64,000 bases of DNA, from positions 1,856,001 to 1,920,000 of the forward strand of contig CAWGMA010000001.1 in assembly GCA_963823555.1 (NCBI GenBank), given 5' to 3'. The notes beneath the pieces are model-generated. The model was not told the DNA's origin, did not search any database, and worked only from the letters and a program-made list of their open reading frames with translations. Origin of the DNA: Candidatus Eiseniibacteriota bacterium (GTDB lineage Bacteria > Eisenbacteria > RBG-16-71-46 > CAVPCR01). Both the position numbers and the translations under genes were made by a program. This document shows positions 60,513 to 64,000 of this stretch, piece by piece (within the stretch, counting starts at the first letter, position 1; the number at the start of each line of letters is the position of its first letter).

Positions 60513-61027
60513 GTTCAACGCCTCCTCCTATCCTTGGCCTGCGGGCCTGCCGGCCCCCGGCTCCGGACCTCGGCGCGCTCCCCACCGCATCCACCGGGCC
60601 AGTGCCGTTAAGTGGACCAGGCGGCCGCTCACCCCCTCATTCCGGCGATTCGGCCACAACTCCTTGCCAGCCCGAAGGCTACAGCTTTAGATGCCCCAGT
60701 CTGCGGTCCGGATCGCGAATTCGGGCCCGACCGAGGACCGGGGTGTTCCCCCCCGATGGCCCCGCGTCCTCCAGATCTTGCTAGGGAGCTATCGAAACTC
60801 AACTTGATTCCCACAGGTCCCGGAATCTTCCACTTTGCCGTCCCGGCCCCCGCGCCCGGCTTCATGTGTCCCAACGTCGGCGCGACCTGGGTTCCCGAGC
60901 CTCCGGCACCACCGGCCAGGCGGGATGCGGCTTGCTCGAGTCACTTACTGGCTTGGTCGAGAACCGGTGCTTTGCCCGAACCGGAGGCCCCGCCGCCTGG
61001 CGGTGCTTCTGCTGATGTAAGGAGGAC

Positions 61028-63322
<2,295 letters not shown>

Positions 63323-63424
63323 GGCCTGCCCACGCATGGAACGGTCTTGACGAGAGCGGCCATCGGGCCGCTCTCGTCATTGGGCCGTCGCCCCTGATTT
63401 CGCGTCACCCCGAGGAGCGGAGTC

Positions 63425-63760
63425 GTGAGCCTGGCCGATCGTGAATGCCCCCCATGCCACAGCGGGACCCCACCTCTCCGGGGACACGCGCTGACCACGC
63501 TCAAGGTGGAACTCGACCCGGAGTGGGTCGTCGTGGATGAGCATCACCTTGCCCGGGAGATTCGCTTCCCCGACTTCCGTACCGCGTTCGAGTTCGTCCG
63601 TCAGGTGGCTGAACTGGCCGACGCCGCGAACCATCACCCGGACATCCATCTGGCCTGGGGTCGGGTCCAGATCACGATCTGGACTCACTCGATCGGCGGG
63701 CTCTCCGAGAGCGATTTCGTCCTCGCCGCCAGGGTCGACCGCCTGCCCGCCACCGCCTGA
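63425..63760 (+). CDS. phhB: Pterin-4-alpha-carbinolamine dehydratase
   Basis: CPPC, FPDF, NHHPDI, WTHSIGGLSESDF. Confidence 0.92.
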   Translation: MSLADRECPPCHSGTPPLRGHALTTLKVELDPEWVVVDEHHLAREIRFPDFRTAFEFVRQVAELADAANHHPDIHLAWGRVQITIWTHSIGGLSESDFVLAARVDRLPATA

Positions 63761-63862
63761 ATCGCTGCCCGGTTCTTCTTCCCCGGCCTTCCGGATCGCG
63801 TTAGACTGCCCTGCCCCGTTCCGCGCGGCAGTCGTTCCCGCTGCCGCAGGGAGAAGCGGATC

Positions 63863-64000
63863 ATGGATGACGCGGCTCTTCTCGTTCACCGCCTGCACTT
63901 CGCCTTCACCATTACCTACCACTACCTCTTCCCGCAGCTGACGATGGGGCTCGCCCTCCTCCTCGTCATCTTGAAGACCCTCGCCCTCCGCACCGGGCAG
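63863..64000 (+). CDS. cydA: Cytochrome bd oxidase subunit I, N-terminus (runs off the window)
   Basis: Not in the ORF track. ATG 63863 gives MDDAALLVHRLHFAFTITYHYLFPQLTMGLA, matching the R.QF....H..F heme-ligand helix of CydA. Confidence 0.88.
   Translation, partial: MDDAALLVHRLHFAFTITYHYLFPQLTMGLALLLVILKTLALRTGQ

Noticed and set aside
60921..60936. Possible sigma-54 promoter (CGGGATGCGGCTTGCT) upstream of the Tes-like gene
   Set aside because: The GG-N10-GC spacing fits, but the -24 element departs from TGGCAC, and chance matches are likely at this GC content.

Overview
GC-rich (roughly two-thirds G+C by eye) chromosomal segment of a diderm bacterium. SprA, a T9SS/FlgD-type C-terminal tail and DUF4837-like genes point by inference to a non-Bacteroidota FCB-type lineage such as Eisenbacteria or Krumholzibacteria. 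From left to right it holds: (i) a minus-strand Wzx/Wzy polysaccharide locus with GT4s, two methyltransferases (one fused to a kinase-like domain), a frameshifted flippase, Wzy-like, BY-kinase-like, GumC and Wza genes; (ii) DHS-like, DUF3108, aminotransferase and secreted beta-helix genes; (iii) the rimP-nusA-infB-DUF503-rbfA-nrnA-truB-ribF-rpsO-pnp-M16-dapF cluster; (iv) sprA, an M28/glutaminyl-cyclase-like gene, a GT-C gene and thiD, divergent from lptF-lptG-wecB; (v) a frameshifted ChaN-like gene, thiE and accC-pilT-accB-aroQ-TPR-aroB; (vi) an ECF sigma, anti-sigma and degenerate HtrA module, then tenA; (vii) a Tes/GDGT-MAS-like radical SAM gene, a pterin dehydratase and the start of cydA. 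I saw no tRNA, rRNA, CRISPR array or mobile element. Best leads: the tetraether-synthase-like radical SAM gene linked to cydA, the SprA-centred T9SS-like system with a glutaminyl cyclase, the methyltransferase-kinase fusion plus pseudokinase in the EPS locus, the HtrA pseudoprotease, and a sigma-54 pilT paralogue splitting accB and accC. All calls come from reading motifs by eye; no database searches were run.
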